Positions 26,895 through 39,743 are shown, numbered from the stretch's first letter. The stretch is 64,000 bases of DNA from Octopus sinensis (GCF_006345805.1 NC_043010.1:54188001-54252000); one strand, 5' to 3'. Translations and numbers: made by a program. Notes: generated by a model not told the origin, from the sequence alone.

Positions 26895-27430
26895 CTGGAT
26901 TGTCCGGAAAGTTCGTGCCGATTTATAGTAGCTTAACTTTCGACATATTTTAGAACTTGGTGGAGTCCATAAAATAGGAATTGACTACACCTCCATTTAG
27001 AGCACAGTTTTAGCTATCTTTTCGTGGAAGAAGCTTTATATTCCTATAACCTGTGTTAATTCTGTAATCCTTTAAAATGGAAGATAAGAAAGTTCATTTT
27101 AGGCACTTTATGCTTTGGGAACCAGACAAAAATTGCTTCATCTCGGCAGATATTGCTCCTTCGGATTTCCACTTATTCAGGTCTCTGCAGAATAGCCTTA
27201 ATGGTAAAAGTTTCAAATCCTTGGATGACGTAAAAAGATAGCTTGATGAATTCGTTACCATGAAACCACCTCAATTGTGGGAAGAGGGTATTTTCAAGTT
27301 AAAGGAAAGATGAAGACGCATTGTGCAACGAAATGGTTCGTATTTGGTTGATTAAAAATCTAATGGCAAGTATTTATTGACCTTTCGAACTTTCCTTTAA
27401 AAACCGGCACGAACTTTCCAGACAACCCAA
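26895..27430 (+). mobile_element. Internally deleted mariner element with both TIRs and TA target-site duplication
   Basis: TA at 26893-94 and 27431-32; TIR ctggattgtccggaaagttcgtgccg / cggcacgaactttccagacaacccaa; ATG 27077 MEDKKVHFRHFMLWE fused to DIAPSDFHLFRSLQNSLNGK. Confidence 0.95.
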
Positions 27431-27851
27431 TATTTTGAAGATTCTTAATTGTATCAATATCAGATACACTTTCATACATAGGTTGTTTTATCGAATTTTA
27501 TATATTGTTTTTCGTATTATTTGATTATTATTGTGGCAAATATTCGCTGCATCGCTTATTGTATGTTATTAGTTCACAATTGTATGAAATAATATTGTTG
27601 TGAATTATGGGTGATTTCTATTAATAATACAATTTCCTTTCGAATTGTGGTATTAATCAACATCATTGTTGAGGATAATAGCAGCTTAATGATTATATTA
27701 ATAACAATAATAGGTTGTGTGATTACGATATCGCCATCACAGCAGCACTTAAAGCAGGATAGTAATAGCTAACGTGAACTATGCATAACATACACCCAAA
27801 TTTAACGATCTGTGCAGCCACACTGTTTACGTGAAATTTATAATTCAATTG

Positions 27852-28055
27852 TATTTTTCTTCTTCTTCTCCTTCTTCTTCTTCTTCTTCTTCTTCTTCTT
27901 CTTCTTCTTCTTCTTCTTCTTCTTCTTCTTCTTCTCTTCTTCCTCCTCCTCCTCCTCCTCTTCTTCTTCTTTCTTCTTCTTCTTCTTCTTCTTCTTCTTC
28001 TTCTTCTTCTTCTTCTTCATCTTTTATTATTATTATCATTATTATTATTATTATT
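27852..28055. repeat. (TTC)n/(TCC)n then (ATT)n microsatellite
   Basis: Direct inspection. Confidence 0.95.
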
Positions 28056-28610
28056 GAGTGAGAGAGCAGTTCATGCCATCAAAGTGACACTGGGGTAAAA
28101 TATACGAAGCCCAATATACCCATCATGACTACCCGTCTGATAAAGGTACACCAGGCACATGCATCACAACCATATGTGCGCGACATAGTGATCTCATATC
28201 AAGATAAACAGCACATGACCTTGCAGATGGGGCCCAGTTAGAAATTTCTTCAGGTTGAGTAGCCCATCCCGCTCAAAAGGTCCCTCAATAAGGGTTGTTT
28301 AAGGATGTTGAAAGAACCACCCATGTTTCCAGAGGTGAAATATTCAAACCCCAAAGAATCCCTCTCAACACATGGCTATGATGCTCCCCCACTACTTCTG
28401 CTCGTGATCAGAGATGCACATATCGTCAGCCATTAAGGGACATGCTCAACTGGTGACGGTCAAACAACTGACAAGCAAATCTGTGGTATTGAGCAGAATA
28501 TTTGCTGTAGCCCATCTTTTATACTAAGACAAAACTATGTACATGATAACACTTCCAATCAGTTAAGATCAGAAGCCATGAGAGCCACTGCCTGGTACTG
28601 CATCAGGGCA
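28056..28610 (-). mobile_element. About 550 bp non-coding element inserted in an (AAT)n tract
   Basis: Second copy at 62085-62612 with identical termini and (ATT)n flanks on both sides. Confidence 0.85.
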
Positions 28611-28617
28611 TTTATTA

Positions 28618-28652
<35 letters not shown>

Positions 28653-28744
28653 CATCATCATCATCATCATCAGCAACACCACCATCATCATCATCATCAT
28701 TATCATCATCACCATCATTATCATCATCATTATTATCATTATTA

Positions 28745-28794
<50 letters not shown>

Positions 28795-28829
28795 TTATTA
28801 TTATTAATATCATTATTATTATTGCAACA

Positions 28830-29345
28830 AGCATGGACTTGACAGAGCAAAAGATTGTACGACCTGAAACCTGGAGACATTGCCGAAAATAGAAATGAAA
28901 AGATCCTATGGGATTTTATGATTCAGTGCGACTATGAGCTTGAGAATAGGCAGCCGGACATAGTCTTAATTGATAAAGAAAACAAACTATGCGGGATCAG
29001 AGACATAGCATACCCAGCTGACAGCAAGGTATGCGATCAGGAAGAATGAAATTTTGAGAGATACGACAGGTTAGCTTGGGACGTTAAGCAGTTGCCGTCG
29101 ATGAAATAGGTAGCAGTATTACCAATAATTACAGGAGCCCTGGGAACAGTGAGTAAAAATCTCGAGAAGTACGTGGAACAAATAGGAGCTGCAATAAGGG
29201 TGGAGCACTTGCAGAAAACAGCACTGCTTGGAACCGCTCGAATACTCCGGAAGGTGCTCGAAAAATAAGAAGTGTTACCTTAATTCACTGGTAGTGAACA
29301 GCTGACATTGTAGTACAGCATTAGAAGCTGTTCAAAGGCAATAAT
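28830..29345 (+). mobile_element. R4/Dong-type non-LTR retrotransposon 3' fragment (restriction-like endonuclease)
   Basis: KILWDFMIQCDYELENRQPDIVLIDK...PIITGALGTV...LQKTALLGTARILRKVLE, stop 29266-68, internal stops, followed by (AAT)n. Confidence 0.9.
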
Positions 29346-29352
29346 AATAATG

Positions 29353-29416
<64 letters not shown>

Positions 29417-29749
29417 TAATAATAATAATGATAATAATAATAATATTGATAATAATAGTAATAATAAAGTGACACTTTCCATCATACCTAGCAAAATAAG
29501 CTGTGATTTTTCATCTAATAATTACAATAATAACAGCAGCAGCAACAAAAGAACAACAAGAACAAGAACAACAATAATAATAAAAATAACGTGTTACATT
29601 AGTCTGCTGGCTGTGGACAGCTGACACTTTCCATCATACCTGTGACTTTTCATCTAATGATTATAACAACAACAACATCAACAATAATAATAATAATATT
29701 AATATCCATAGCAACAAAAAAAAAAATCAATAATGCTTTCAAATTTTGG

Positions 29750-30185
29750 CCCGAAGACACACATGTTGGGGTGGTGAGGTCGCTCCCAGTGCCTGATTGG
29801 TACTTATTTTATTGAACACAAAATCATGAAAAGCACAGTAGACCTTGGCGGGTTTTGAACCGGGAACTGAAAGACAGACGAAATACCGTTAAGAATTTTT
29901 TTTCGGAGTGCTAACGTTTCTGCTATCTCACCACTACCATCACCAACAACAGCAGTAACATCAACAAAATGAAAACAACAGCTGCAACAACAATAAACCT
30001 GTCTACTATGGGCACAAAACTACTATAGGCACAATATTACATCGACCCGAATAGTCAGCTGGTATTTATTTTATCGATCCTGAAAGCACGAAAGTCAAGC
30101 TCCACCTCAGCGGAATTTGAACTCAAAGCCCGAGGACCGATGAATCATTTTGTCCGGTGTGCAAATGACTCTGCTAGATCGCCAA
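29750..30185 (-). mobile_element. Two degraded SINE family 2 copies
   Basis: Reverse-complement matches at about 29750-29935 and 30045-30185. Confidence 0.7.
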
Positions 30186-31089
30186 CAGCAACAGAAACCA
30201 CGACAATGTTAATAAGTTTTCAGATATCTAAGTTTTGTTAATCTTACGTCACTGCAAATTTGCATTAGAACTTTATATTCAGGAAACATATTTGAAATAC
30301 GACATTAAGCGCGTTAGTGAATCTTAAATCTTCTCATTAATCCTGATTTTTACCGAACTTTTGAAATCAGTAAGCGATAGTTTGATATGTCAGATAGAGA
30401 GAGAGATATCAAAAGATAATACTGACATCGTACTAATTCGCAACCAAATTACAGTAAACCACGAACAAGACAGTTTTCAAAACTCGAGTAAACTAAAAGA
30501 CCAATTTCAAGTGGAAATGATTCACATGGGAAAAATAACAAACTGAGATATATGAAATCTTAATGAATCGAATTCAAATGCAAAATTCTTGTCGAATTAA
30601 GAACATTCTTGAAACGAGCAAAACGTCTTCCTTGATTAGTTACATATTCAAAGCATATTCTTTATGCATTGTATATTTTATAACGGTATGAATTCGCCAT
30701 TGCAGCTTTTTAAAATTACGCAGTATTATTATAATGCGCTTTCATGTATCGAAGAAAATTGAATCGTTTGTCATTCGTCCACATAGAGTGTATGTTGCTA
30801 CTGGACTCAAATCGATATTATTTTAAAAGCATAAATTATCATTTATCTATGACTTGTCTCAGTTATTGTGGTAAAAGTTCATCTCTTATGATGAACCTCT
30901 AAGTTACAGTGTGGTAAAAAGAACACCAGTTGCCAAGTGCTGGAATGTTCACATACAAACACAAACGCATACGCAAACACATACACATATACAAGCAAAC
31001 AAATATGCACATACGTACACAACGAGCTTTCAGAGAGTCTCTGAGTAACAAATGTATTCACAAGTTATTGGTTGTTTCGAAATTATAGT

Positions 31090-31520
31090 GAAAGACACTG
31101 TCTCATGTCGCATTGTGGGTCGGTACCAGAAAGCATATAGTATAGAGTGTGTTGCTTAACCACACAGATATTTCTGCGCCTACACACCCTAGCACACGTG
31201 CGTGCGCACACACGCACACACACACACGCAGTCGGAATGCAACGCATTAGCTTTAATCTTGCATTTGTGTAGTCCTGTTGGGTTAAAGTCTTCGTTGGGT
31301 GAGTAGATTTGATTGCGGTGGTAATTAGATTCATGAATGGGTTACTATGGATAGGTGTTTTTGAGAATGTTTTATCGATTAAGTCGTGGATTATGTTTTT
31401 GTCTAGAATTTATTAAGGTATGTAAGACTTAATAACCAGAAGTGAACCTTTGTTATATAGGCACAGAATTGTTAGTAGTGTGGTTATTCTTGATTTTATT
31501 GAATTTAATTCTTTGCTTCA
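31090..31520 (-). mobile_element. Highly degraded Penelope-like fragment (thumb, Cys linker, GIY start)
   Basis: LIDKTFSKT.., HKCKIKAN (CNCRIKxNCP-like) and ICVVK..LYY pieces in shifting frames. Confidence 0.4.
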
Positions 31521-32056
31521 ACAACTTAAATGTCCAAGGTAGAATTCCAGTATTTAAAACCTAAATAACAAGGTCTGTCAACTTTTTTCTAATGGGACGG
31601 TTTTTTCGTGTTCACAAAAGATTGGAAGTAGGTGGTGTGGTTCAGCTTGTCACTTTCTTTCATTGTCGCTATTCTTTACGGTATTTCCTGTTTTTATTTG
31701 AAAGAAGGCGGTCATTTGTGTTGTTATGATAAAACGTTATTTCTGTTGAGCTTTGATGTTCACAATAGGATTTTGTTAGATGTAGAGGCTATAGGTCTGT
31801 ATATTTCTCTGCGGGTGTTCACTGTTCTATAAGCAATTTGAGTGGAATAAAGAGATGTTCACCTTTGTGTTTTATGGAAGCTGTCGGCTCTCTGTTTATA
31901 AATATTCTTCAATTCTCTTTCAAAAGTGAGTATCTTATAATTCACTGTCAGCAATATTCCTACGTAGGGAAAAAATTGTACTCCGCAAAAAAGCAAAGTA
32001 ACCCGTCAGATTAATATAAAAGTGTTTCTATAATAACTAAACATAAAAACAAAAGT

Positions 32057-32114
<58 letters not shown>

Positions 32115-32119
32115 GATAC

Positions 32120-32400
32120 ACAGTGGGACAAGAACGCAAGACATCCAGTCAAGTGATATAATTAAGGTACAACAATACATCCAGATATACGATACAAAAA
32201 AAAACAAGGACGGGTCATTCAGAGTTTTCTTTCATCAGTCGAGTTCCAGATTATCTTTGCAATCTCGGCTGGTTATACTCGAGATTGCTCCAACCTGTCC
32301 ATCCCCAAAGAAAAACTATGCTAAGAACATTAGATTCCTTGGATTGTTGTCCCTTTTTTGTATCACCTAACTGTCTGGATGTTTTGTGTTCTTGTCCCAT
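32120..32400. mobile_element. Short PLE-like element with terminal inverted arms
   Basis: gtgggacaagaacgcaagacatccag inverted against ctggatgttttgtgttcttgtcccat; core homologous to 4590-4740. Confidence 0.55.
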
Positions 32401-32408
32401 TTTGTATT

Positions 32409-32461
<53 letters not shown>

Positions 32462-32594
32462 GTTCATAAACCCGTCGTATATGAACATGTATATATTGTG
32501 AGATGGTATCAAAAACTGTTCCCTGATTAGATATGTTTAATAAAAAATAACTTCTAGTGAATGTCCTCCTTCAAACGCTTCAAAACGTCACAAT

Positions 32595-32927
32595 AGAACT
32601 CTCTATTGGTGGTCAGGTCCTGGGGGGATGTATGGACGAATTCTGCACAACACCGCAGTATGCTCTTGATTGGGCTGCGGCTCTGTCAGGCTTTGTTCGG
32701 TCATGGAGATGAAGACCTCTTCCACGGTGACGACTGTTGTTTCGTCTCAGGGTCGTACCCGTAGTCCCAACTCTCGTGTCCGGTGATGAACTTCGATATG
32801 AAGCATGGGTCATAAGCGGCACGCTGGTGGAGGTTTTGGCAGACTTCAATGCGATGCTATTTCTCCTCTGTGGTCAGCAGTCGGGGACAAAGTTGGCAGA
32901 GGCAGGCTGCATGTTCGTTGATGAATA
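32595..32927 (-). mobile_element. Mariner transposase fragment (first catalytic Asp region)
   Basis: PRLLTTEEK*HRIEVCQNL..DPCFISKFITGHESWDYGYDPETKQQSSPWK. Confidence 0.9.
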
Positions 32928-33582
32928 TACACAGACGTACTTATATATAGGATTTTTAATTCGCCAATAAGAAAGATTATAGTTGTGTTTATGTAATTGA
33001 AACAACGTCTGTTTGGGTTGCAAAAATAGCGGGTTATTCATTATTTTATAAGCTGTTATCTAGAGACGATTTCGCTTTGAACACATCGTTAATAAATACT
33101 TATTTAAATATTTCTCGATGATTCTGTATTTGTGCTCTGAATGAAAACAATCTCAATCTCAGATTAGAGTATGCTTTTAATGAAAGCTTGTCTTTCTGGT
33201 TTACCGGAAATGCGTGACTCATAACTCAGATGTTGTACCGCTTAGTTTTTCCCATCCAAAATCGTTTTAATCCAATATATCATGAGATATCATTTAGAAT
33301 TGAATTCGCTTCATGGCACGTCTTCTATAAACACTAATGTATATGTAATAGCTCTCTCCCGCTCTCTCTCTCTCTCTCCATCTTCCTATCTCTATATCTA
33401 TCTCTGTCTCTCTCTTTCTCACTCACATAAGCATACATCCGTTTATCAAATTTCTCTCGCAGTGGTATCGGTTAAGCAACACACAGAAAATCCCATAAAT
33501 GGAATTCAAGTTATTACGAAGAGAATCCAGAAACCACAAGGTCAATTTTCATACTCCGTTGATATTCTTTTTCTTGTTGCAG

Positions 33583-33650
33583 TAATCGGACGAAAAATGG
33601 AAATATCATCATCAAAGATTCCATCGATTATATCGATACATTGGAGAATG
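33583..33650 (+). other. Candidate 68-nt spliced exon
   Basis: Acceptor ttctttttcttgttgcag, donor ATG/gtaaga; two open frames (NRTKNGNIIIKDSIDYIDTLEN or IGRKMEISSSKIPSIISIHWRM); protein not recognised. Confidence 0.4.
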
Positions 33651-34008
33651 GTAAGAGTTTTTTTTCTATTAATCTCTGTTTGTAGATCGCTGGAAGGTCA
33701 AAGTGTAATGCAGAATACACTCATTATATAGATGTATTTAGGATCTTACGTCATTAATCTAGATACCACTTCGGCAACCTTTGTGATACTATAACAGAAA
33801 TGCCCATCAGCAAACTTTGTTATACATTGCGTAAACAAAGCACTTCTTTTCTAAGTGATGGGCGCCCTGTGGATCTGAAAGGTATATAATCTATGTAAAG
33901 CGTTCTGAAAGGCAGTAACACTCTACTCAACTTTTCAAGGCAAGCTGCATCATAATCTACTTACGTGAGATATAATCGAGAGAAAATATGATAATGTTGT
34001 AAGTGGTA

Positions 34009-34407
34009 AGTGGCTGTGTGGTAAGTAGCTTGTTTACCAACCACATGGTACCAGGTTCAGTCCCACTGCGTGGCATCTTGGGCAAGTGTCTTCTGCTATA
34101 GCCCCGGGCCGACCAAAGCCTTATGAGTGGATTTGGTAGACGGAAACTGAAAGAAGCCCGTCGTATATATGTATGTATATGTATATGTGCGTGTATGTTT
34201 GTGTGTCTGTGTTTGTCCCCCTAGCATTGCTTGACAACCGATGCTGGTTGTGTTTATGTCCCCGTTTCTTAGCGGTTCGGCAAAAGAGAGACCGATAGAA
34301 TAAGTACTGGGCTTACAGAAGAATAAGTCCCGGGGTCGAGTTGCTCGACTAAAGGTGGTGCTCCAGCATGGCAGCAGTCAAAATGACTGAAACAAGTAAA
34401 AGAGTAA
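34009..34407 (+). mobile_element. SINE family 1, near full length
   Basis: Head, core and tail present. Confidence 0.92.
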
Positions 34408-34555
34408 AGTGTATAATACTGCTTATCGTTAAAACGCTAAGGAGAGTATGAGATATAAAAAAAACACGTTAGTGTGTTATAACTGCTTCTATCGTGAAAG
34501 CGACTTTAGTATTGATAACCTGGAATTTGTCATGAATACCAAGTTTATGCATAAT

Positions 34556-34698
34556 AAGTAGCTTGCTTACGAACCAAACAGTTCCAGGTTCAGTCCTACT
34601 GCGTAGCAACTTGTGCAAGTGTCTTCTACTATAGCCTCGGGTCGACCAAAGCCTTGTGAGTGGATTTCGTTGACGGACACTGATGAAAGAATCCCGTC

Positions 34699-34746
<48 letters not shown>

Positions 34747-34990
34747 ATGTATATGTATATGTGTGTGTATATATGTTTTGTGTGTCTATGTTTGTCCCCC
34801 CAACATCGCTTGACAACCGATGCTGGTGTATTTACGTCCCTGTAAATTAGCGGTTCGGCAAAAGAGGCCAATAGAATAAGTACTAGGCTTATAAAGAATA
34901 AGTCCTGGGGGTCTATTTGATCGACTTACGGCGGTGCTCCACCATAGACACAGTCAAATGACTGAAACAAGTAAAAGAGCAAAAGAGTAA
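34556..34990 (+). mobile_element. SINE family 1, slightly 5'-truncated
   Basis: Core and tail present. Confidence 0.9.
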
Positions 34991-35080
34991 ATCGAATGCA
35001 AACTGTCAGATCCTTTAACCCCGACACAAACTCACACACACATCCAAACACATACGCGCACAAACATCGCCACGCATACA

Positions 35081-35450
35081 TGTGGAAGCACTCCGGCGGT
35101 TAGGACGATGAGGGTTCCGGTTGATCCGATCAACGGAACAGCCTGCTCGTGAAATTAACGTGTAAGTGGCTGAGCACTCCACAGACACGTGCACCCTTAA
35201 CGTAGTTCTCAGGGATATTCAGCGTGACACAGAGTGTGACAAGGCCGGCCCCTTGAAATACAGGTACAACAGAAAAAGTAAGTAATAGTGAGAGAAAGTT
35301 GTGGCGAAAGAGTACAGCAGGGATCACCACCATCCCTGCCGGAGCATCGTGGAGCTTTTAGGTGTTTTCGCTCAATAAACACTCACAACGCCCGGTCTGG
35401 GAATCGAAACCGCGAGTCCGCTGCCCTAACCACTGGGCTATTGCGCCTCC
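35081..35450 (-). mobile_element. tRNA-derived SINE family 4
   Basis: Minus strand ggaggcgcaatagcccagtggttagggcagcggactc..ggtttcgattccc (box A/B), then GC-richer body; single copy here. Confidence 0.7.
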
Positions 35451-36233
35451 ACAGCCACGCATACATAAACACACGCCCACACACCTGCAAACACGAATAC
35501 AGTTATTAACACAACACGCATGATAATTAATAGACCAGTACAGTACACTAAGGTTGTAGTGATAATGGGAATATAATGGAACCCTTTCTACATTATGCAT
35601 GTTCTTAGTATGTACACAATGTGACTAGAACATTAAACAAGTGTAAGCACGCGAACATTGGCCCAATTTTAGACAGCACAGAGGAAATAGATATACAATT
35701 CGGGATTAAGAAAAGTCGAAACTAATTGCATTGCTTAATTTATTTAATAAAGAAACGAGATGCTGCTCGGTTTTCGTGCATTTAATATATTTACAGAAAG
35801 GCTAAATAATAAATTTACAAACAGATTAGTCTTATGCGTGCGTGATGTACTTTGTTTTGGAACATTTTACTCCCGATGAAATATTCATACGGCAAGAAAA
35901 AAGAAAAAAATACAGTCATGATCAAGCCAAATTTTCTTTCCAGAATACTATAACGAAGGTCGTAAAATCTACGACCACTCCTACACATCAATCATGACAG
36001 TACGGTTTAAATTCTTGCTTATATTTATTGCAGATTGCAAAATCTCGTAGTATCATTTGCAACGAATGTGTTTGCAATGTATATTGATTGCAACGTACGT
36101 GTGTGCATATATCAAGAAGTTGGCATATCCTCTAATTATACATACATATATATATATATATATATATTTATATATTTATGTGCGTGTATATATGAATATA
36201 TTTATCTATATGTACATACATACATACACAAAA

Positions 36234-36269
<36 letters not shown>

Positions 36270-36272
36270 GTC

Positions 36273-36304
<32 letters not shown>

Positions 36305-36505
36305 AATATATATCTATATATATAGTTACAAATTGAGATAGGGGTTGTAAATGCAACCCTCCATGGGATAACATATATCCAATATACCGCTAGTGAAGTA
36401 CCCAACAAAGTTAATACATAAATGTTAATGATTGCGATGCAATCAATTCATTTACTGTATTATATGGGCAAAGGTAAAATGATTTACCACAAATTACTAA
36501 TACAA

Positions 36506-36949
36506 ATAAGAAAATGGAGAAATACATCTAAATCAAATATCAATTACACGATAATACTCAATCACATACTTTATTAAACCACCACATAAGAGACTGTAGG
36601 GTTACATATAAAAAGCAGAACAAATCAGTGTACATACAGTAGTGTACATAAAAAGTGTACATAAAAGAGTAATGATGTATAATAAGTAGAATATATATAA
36701 AAGAGAATATAAATATAAGTAAATATAAATATAAGTATAGATTACATCCTCTTTTATATATATTCTACTTATTATACATCATTACTCTTTTATGTACACT
36801 TTTTTTATGTACACTACTGTATGTACACTGATTTGTTCTGCTTTTTATATGTAACCCTACAGTCTCTATATGGTGGTTTAATAAAGTATGTGATTGAGTA
36901 TTATCGTGTAATTGATATTTGATTTAGATGTATTTCTCCATTTTCTTAT
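36506..36949. repeat. Fold-back inverted repeat, arms about 200 bp, spacer about 43 bp
   Basis: 36506-36705 is the reverse complement of 36749-36949 with few small indels. Confidence 0.95.
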
Positions 36950-37042
36950 CTTGTATCTATATCTATATATACATACATATATGTAAAGAATGTTAGGTGT
37001 GACGCATATACATATATATGTTTATAAACATATATATGTATA

Positions 37043-37092
<50 letters not shown>

Positions 37093-37236
37093 ATATACAT
37101 ATATACATGTATGCATAATATATATATTCATTCGCCTAATGAATGTATATATATATATAACAAATGGTATATAACATATATTATTTAAACATACATATAC
37201 ATGCATACATGCGTACAAATACTCATACGTGCGCAT

Positions 37237-37287
<51 letters not shown>

Positions 37288-37293
37288 CTTACA

Positions 37294-37620
37294 TATATAA
37301 TATTAATTAGAGACAAAACCACTATTTTGCAAATCAAACAAACTTCATAACTTAAAATTGAATAGAAGATCTGAAATCCACCTGATGAATGTCCTTTGAA
37401 GAGACACGAAACAATTGTAGTGTCGAATTTAATTTTATTTAATTTATATTAAATTTTTTTATGTATTGGATTAAGTCTTTCTTTGTTTGATTTGCAAAAT
37501 AGTGGTTTTGTCTCTAATTAATATTATATAATATTTTACTATAAAATTGGATTCAATCCTAAATCTGATTTTTCCCTGTAAATTTGGATTTATTCCCTAA
37601 TATTTATTATACTTACATAT
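37294..37620 (+). mobile_element. Mini PLE-like element: inverted arms around an HHR motif
   Basis: IR 37294-37342 / 37481-37530; tail tttttccctgtaa..ccctaatatt also seen at about 23850-23890. Confidence 0.65.
37379..37422 (+). ncRNA. Minimal hammerhead motif with one stem II closing mismatch
   Basis: CAC-CTGATGA-A-TGTC-loop-GACA-C-GAA-ACAATTGT-A-GTG; palindromic 8-nt stem III. Confidence 0.55.
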
Positions 37621-37660
37621 ATATATATATATAATGAAAAGAAGGAAAGTAAATTAAGAT

Positions 37661-38075
37661 TAGGAAGTTAACAGTTTTTATTATTAGCAAATTGGTTATC
37701 TTCACGACTTACAGCCGTTTCCATTAATTACTCAAGAATCTTATTGCAAATTTGAACATTAAATTTGCATTCATCTGACATGAGCATAATTTCATCGCAG
37801 AGAAAGAAAAAAATGGTTTCTTGGAATGTTATATATATGGGCCTCTGAAAGCGGACTCTGAAATGAACTGACTGACAAATTATTTGAGTCTGCTGAAACG
37901 AATCGATAGGTCCACATATAACATCCCAAGGTACATCTCTTTTCGCCGATGAATGAAATCATTCTCATGTCATGTAAATGCAAATTTAATGTAATAATTT
38001 GTACTTAAATTATTGAGTACTAATTGAAACGGTTGTAAGAATCGAAGACAATCAATTTTGCTAAAAATAAATAAT
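37661..38075. repeat. Diverged inverted repeat, arms about 140 bp
   Basis: aggaagttaaca...aaatttgcattc..catgag versus ctcatgtcatg..aatgcaaattt...tgttaacttcct. Confidence 0.7.
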
Positions 38076-38291
38076 TGTTAACTTCCTGAATGCCAATTTC
38101 GTTTATGCTTTTCACTGGATATAAACTATAGACTTGATATATACCTATTGTATATATACCTATTAAGGGAATTAATAGGTATATATTGTAATATATACCT
38201 ATTAAGAGAATTTCATTCTCCAATAGTACTAGCTATTGAACCAATATTTCCTCGGATGCAACCGTCATGAATTTGGCATATCCTCTAATTA

Positions 38292-38328
<37 letters not shown>

Positions 38329-38409
38329 ATATATATATTTATATGTCTGTGTGTATGTATAAATATCTATATCTATATATATATACACGCACACACATAT
38401 GTATGTATA

Positions 38410-38457
<48 letters not shown>

Positions 38458-39310
38458 AAGTATATATGCGTGTGTGTACAGAGACAGACTTATAAATACA
38501 CGAATACATATATTCAAACACTCACACACATATCTAAATTATACGTTTGAAAGAGTTTCAGTTATGAAAAATTATTCAATGATAGCATCAGAATTAAAGA
38601 AAGAATATGATTAAATAATCAAAGAAGACAATATACTGTATCAGCTTCTAGGTACAGCAGGTGCTTGTTGAAGTTAGTTCGCCCAATCAATCTGAATGAA
38701 TATAGAGTTTGATAATGAAAAATTCATAATCAATTTTCCAGACAGTCAAGAAAATTACTTCCTACAAATATAATATCATAAATGAAAAATGTCATGGGGG
38801 CAATTTCATGGTAAAGCTAAGGAATAATAGTTATATCAGAATATAGAAAAGGAAATGCTGTTTTCCGATTAAGAAAATTTATAGCTAAATTGTTTGATAG
38901 TAATGTGGATAATATCGTGATAATGGACAGAACAGGATGCAAAGCTTCGCGATATGGATATTTCGTATTGGAGAATATTTATATTAATGTATACATACAT
39001 ACATAATAAAAGCATACACATATACGTGCATGCACACAGACAAACAGAAACACACATACCCCCCCCCCACACACACACATAGGTCTATTAACTGAGTCAG
39101 TATGCACGTTTGCATATTCAGCTATAGCTATCTGGCAACATATCTATATATCTATTTTTCTGGCCGTCTATCATATAATACAAATATAGTACATATTATA
39201 TATATATATAATTAATCAATATAGGGTGGCAAAAAAAATTTGTAGAATTTTTTGCCACCAGCGGCCTAGTGGGAAAAAATTAAATAGTCATAGACCATTT
39301 TAAGTTCAAC

Positions 39311-39458
39311 ATCAACAATCAAGGAACGGCCATAATAGGCCATTCACCCACCACTAGAAATAACAGCCAAAGCTTCAACCGCATTATTTGCGGTTGAAGC
39401 TTTGGCTGTTATTTCTAGTGGGTGAATGGCCTATTATGGCCGTTCCTTGATTGTTGAT
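39311..39458. repeat. Near-perfect hairpin, arms about 70 bp, 5-nt loop
   Basis: atcaacaatcaagg...caaccgca TTATT tgcggttg...ccttgattgttgat, one 3-bp indel. Confidence 0.95.
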
Positions 39459-39673
39459 ATATTATATAGATATATATACTGAAAGAGAGAGGGGGAGAGT
39501 TTTAAAACACGTAAATACACAGAAAATGTCAACCAGTATAATATCGACAAAAGCTCTTCCTCAAAGTAGAACACATTATGTCGGAAAATAAAATTCATTT
39601 CATAATTACTCTTCAGAGTTCACATAATCTCAGATAAAATTCACATCTCTCTCTCCCCCTCTCTCTGTATATG

Positions 39674-39740
<67 letters not shown>

Positions 39741-39743
<3 letters not shown>

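Noticed and set aside
28540-28610. HDV-like ribozyme or U2 snRNA origin at the 5' end of the 550-bp element
   Set aside because: I could not build the P1/P2/P3 double pseudoknot by eye, and U2 similarity is limited to scattered short matches; needs an Infernal search
32205-32245. CTGATGA...GAAT-GACCCGTC on the minus strand (and related 4660-4695) as a hammerhead
   Set aside because: GAAU instead of GAAA and no consistent stem I; at best a decayed motif
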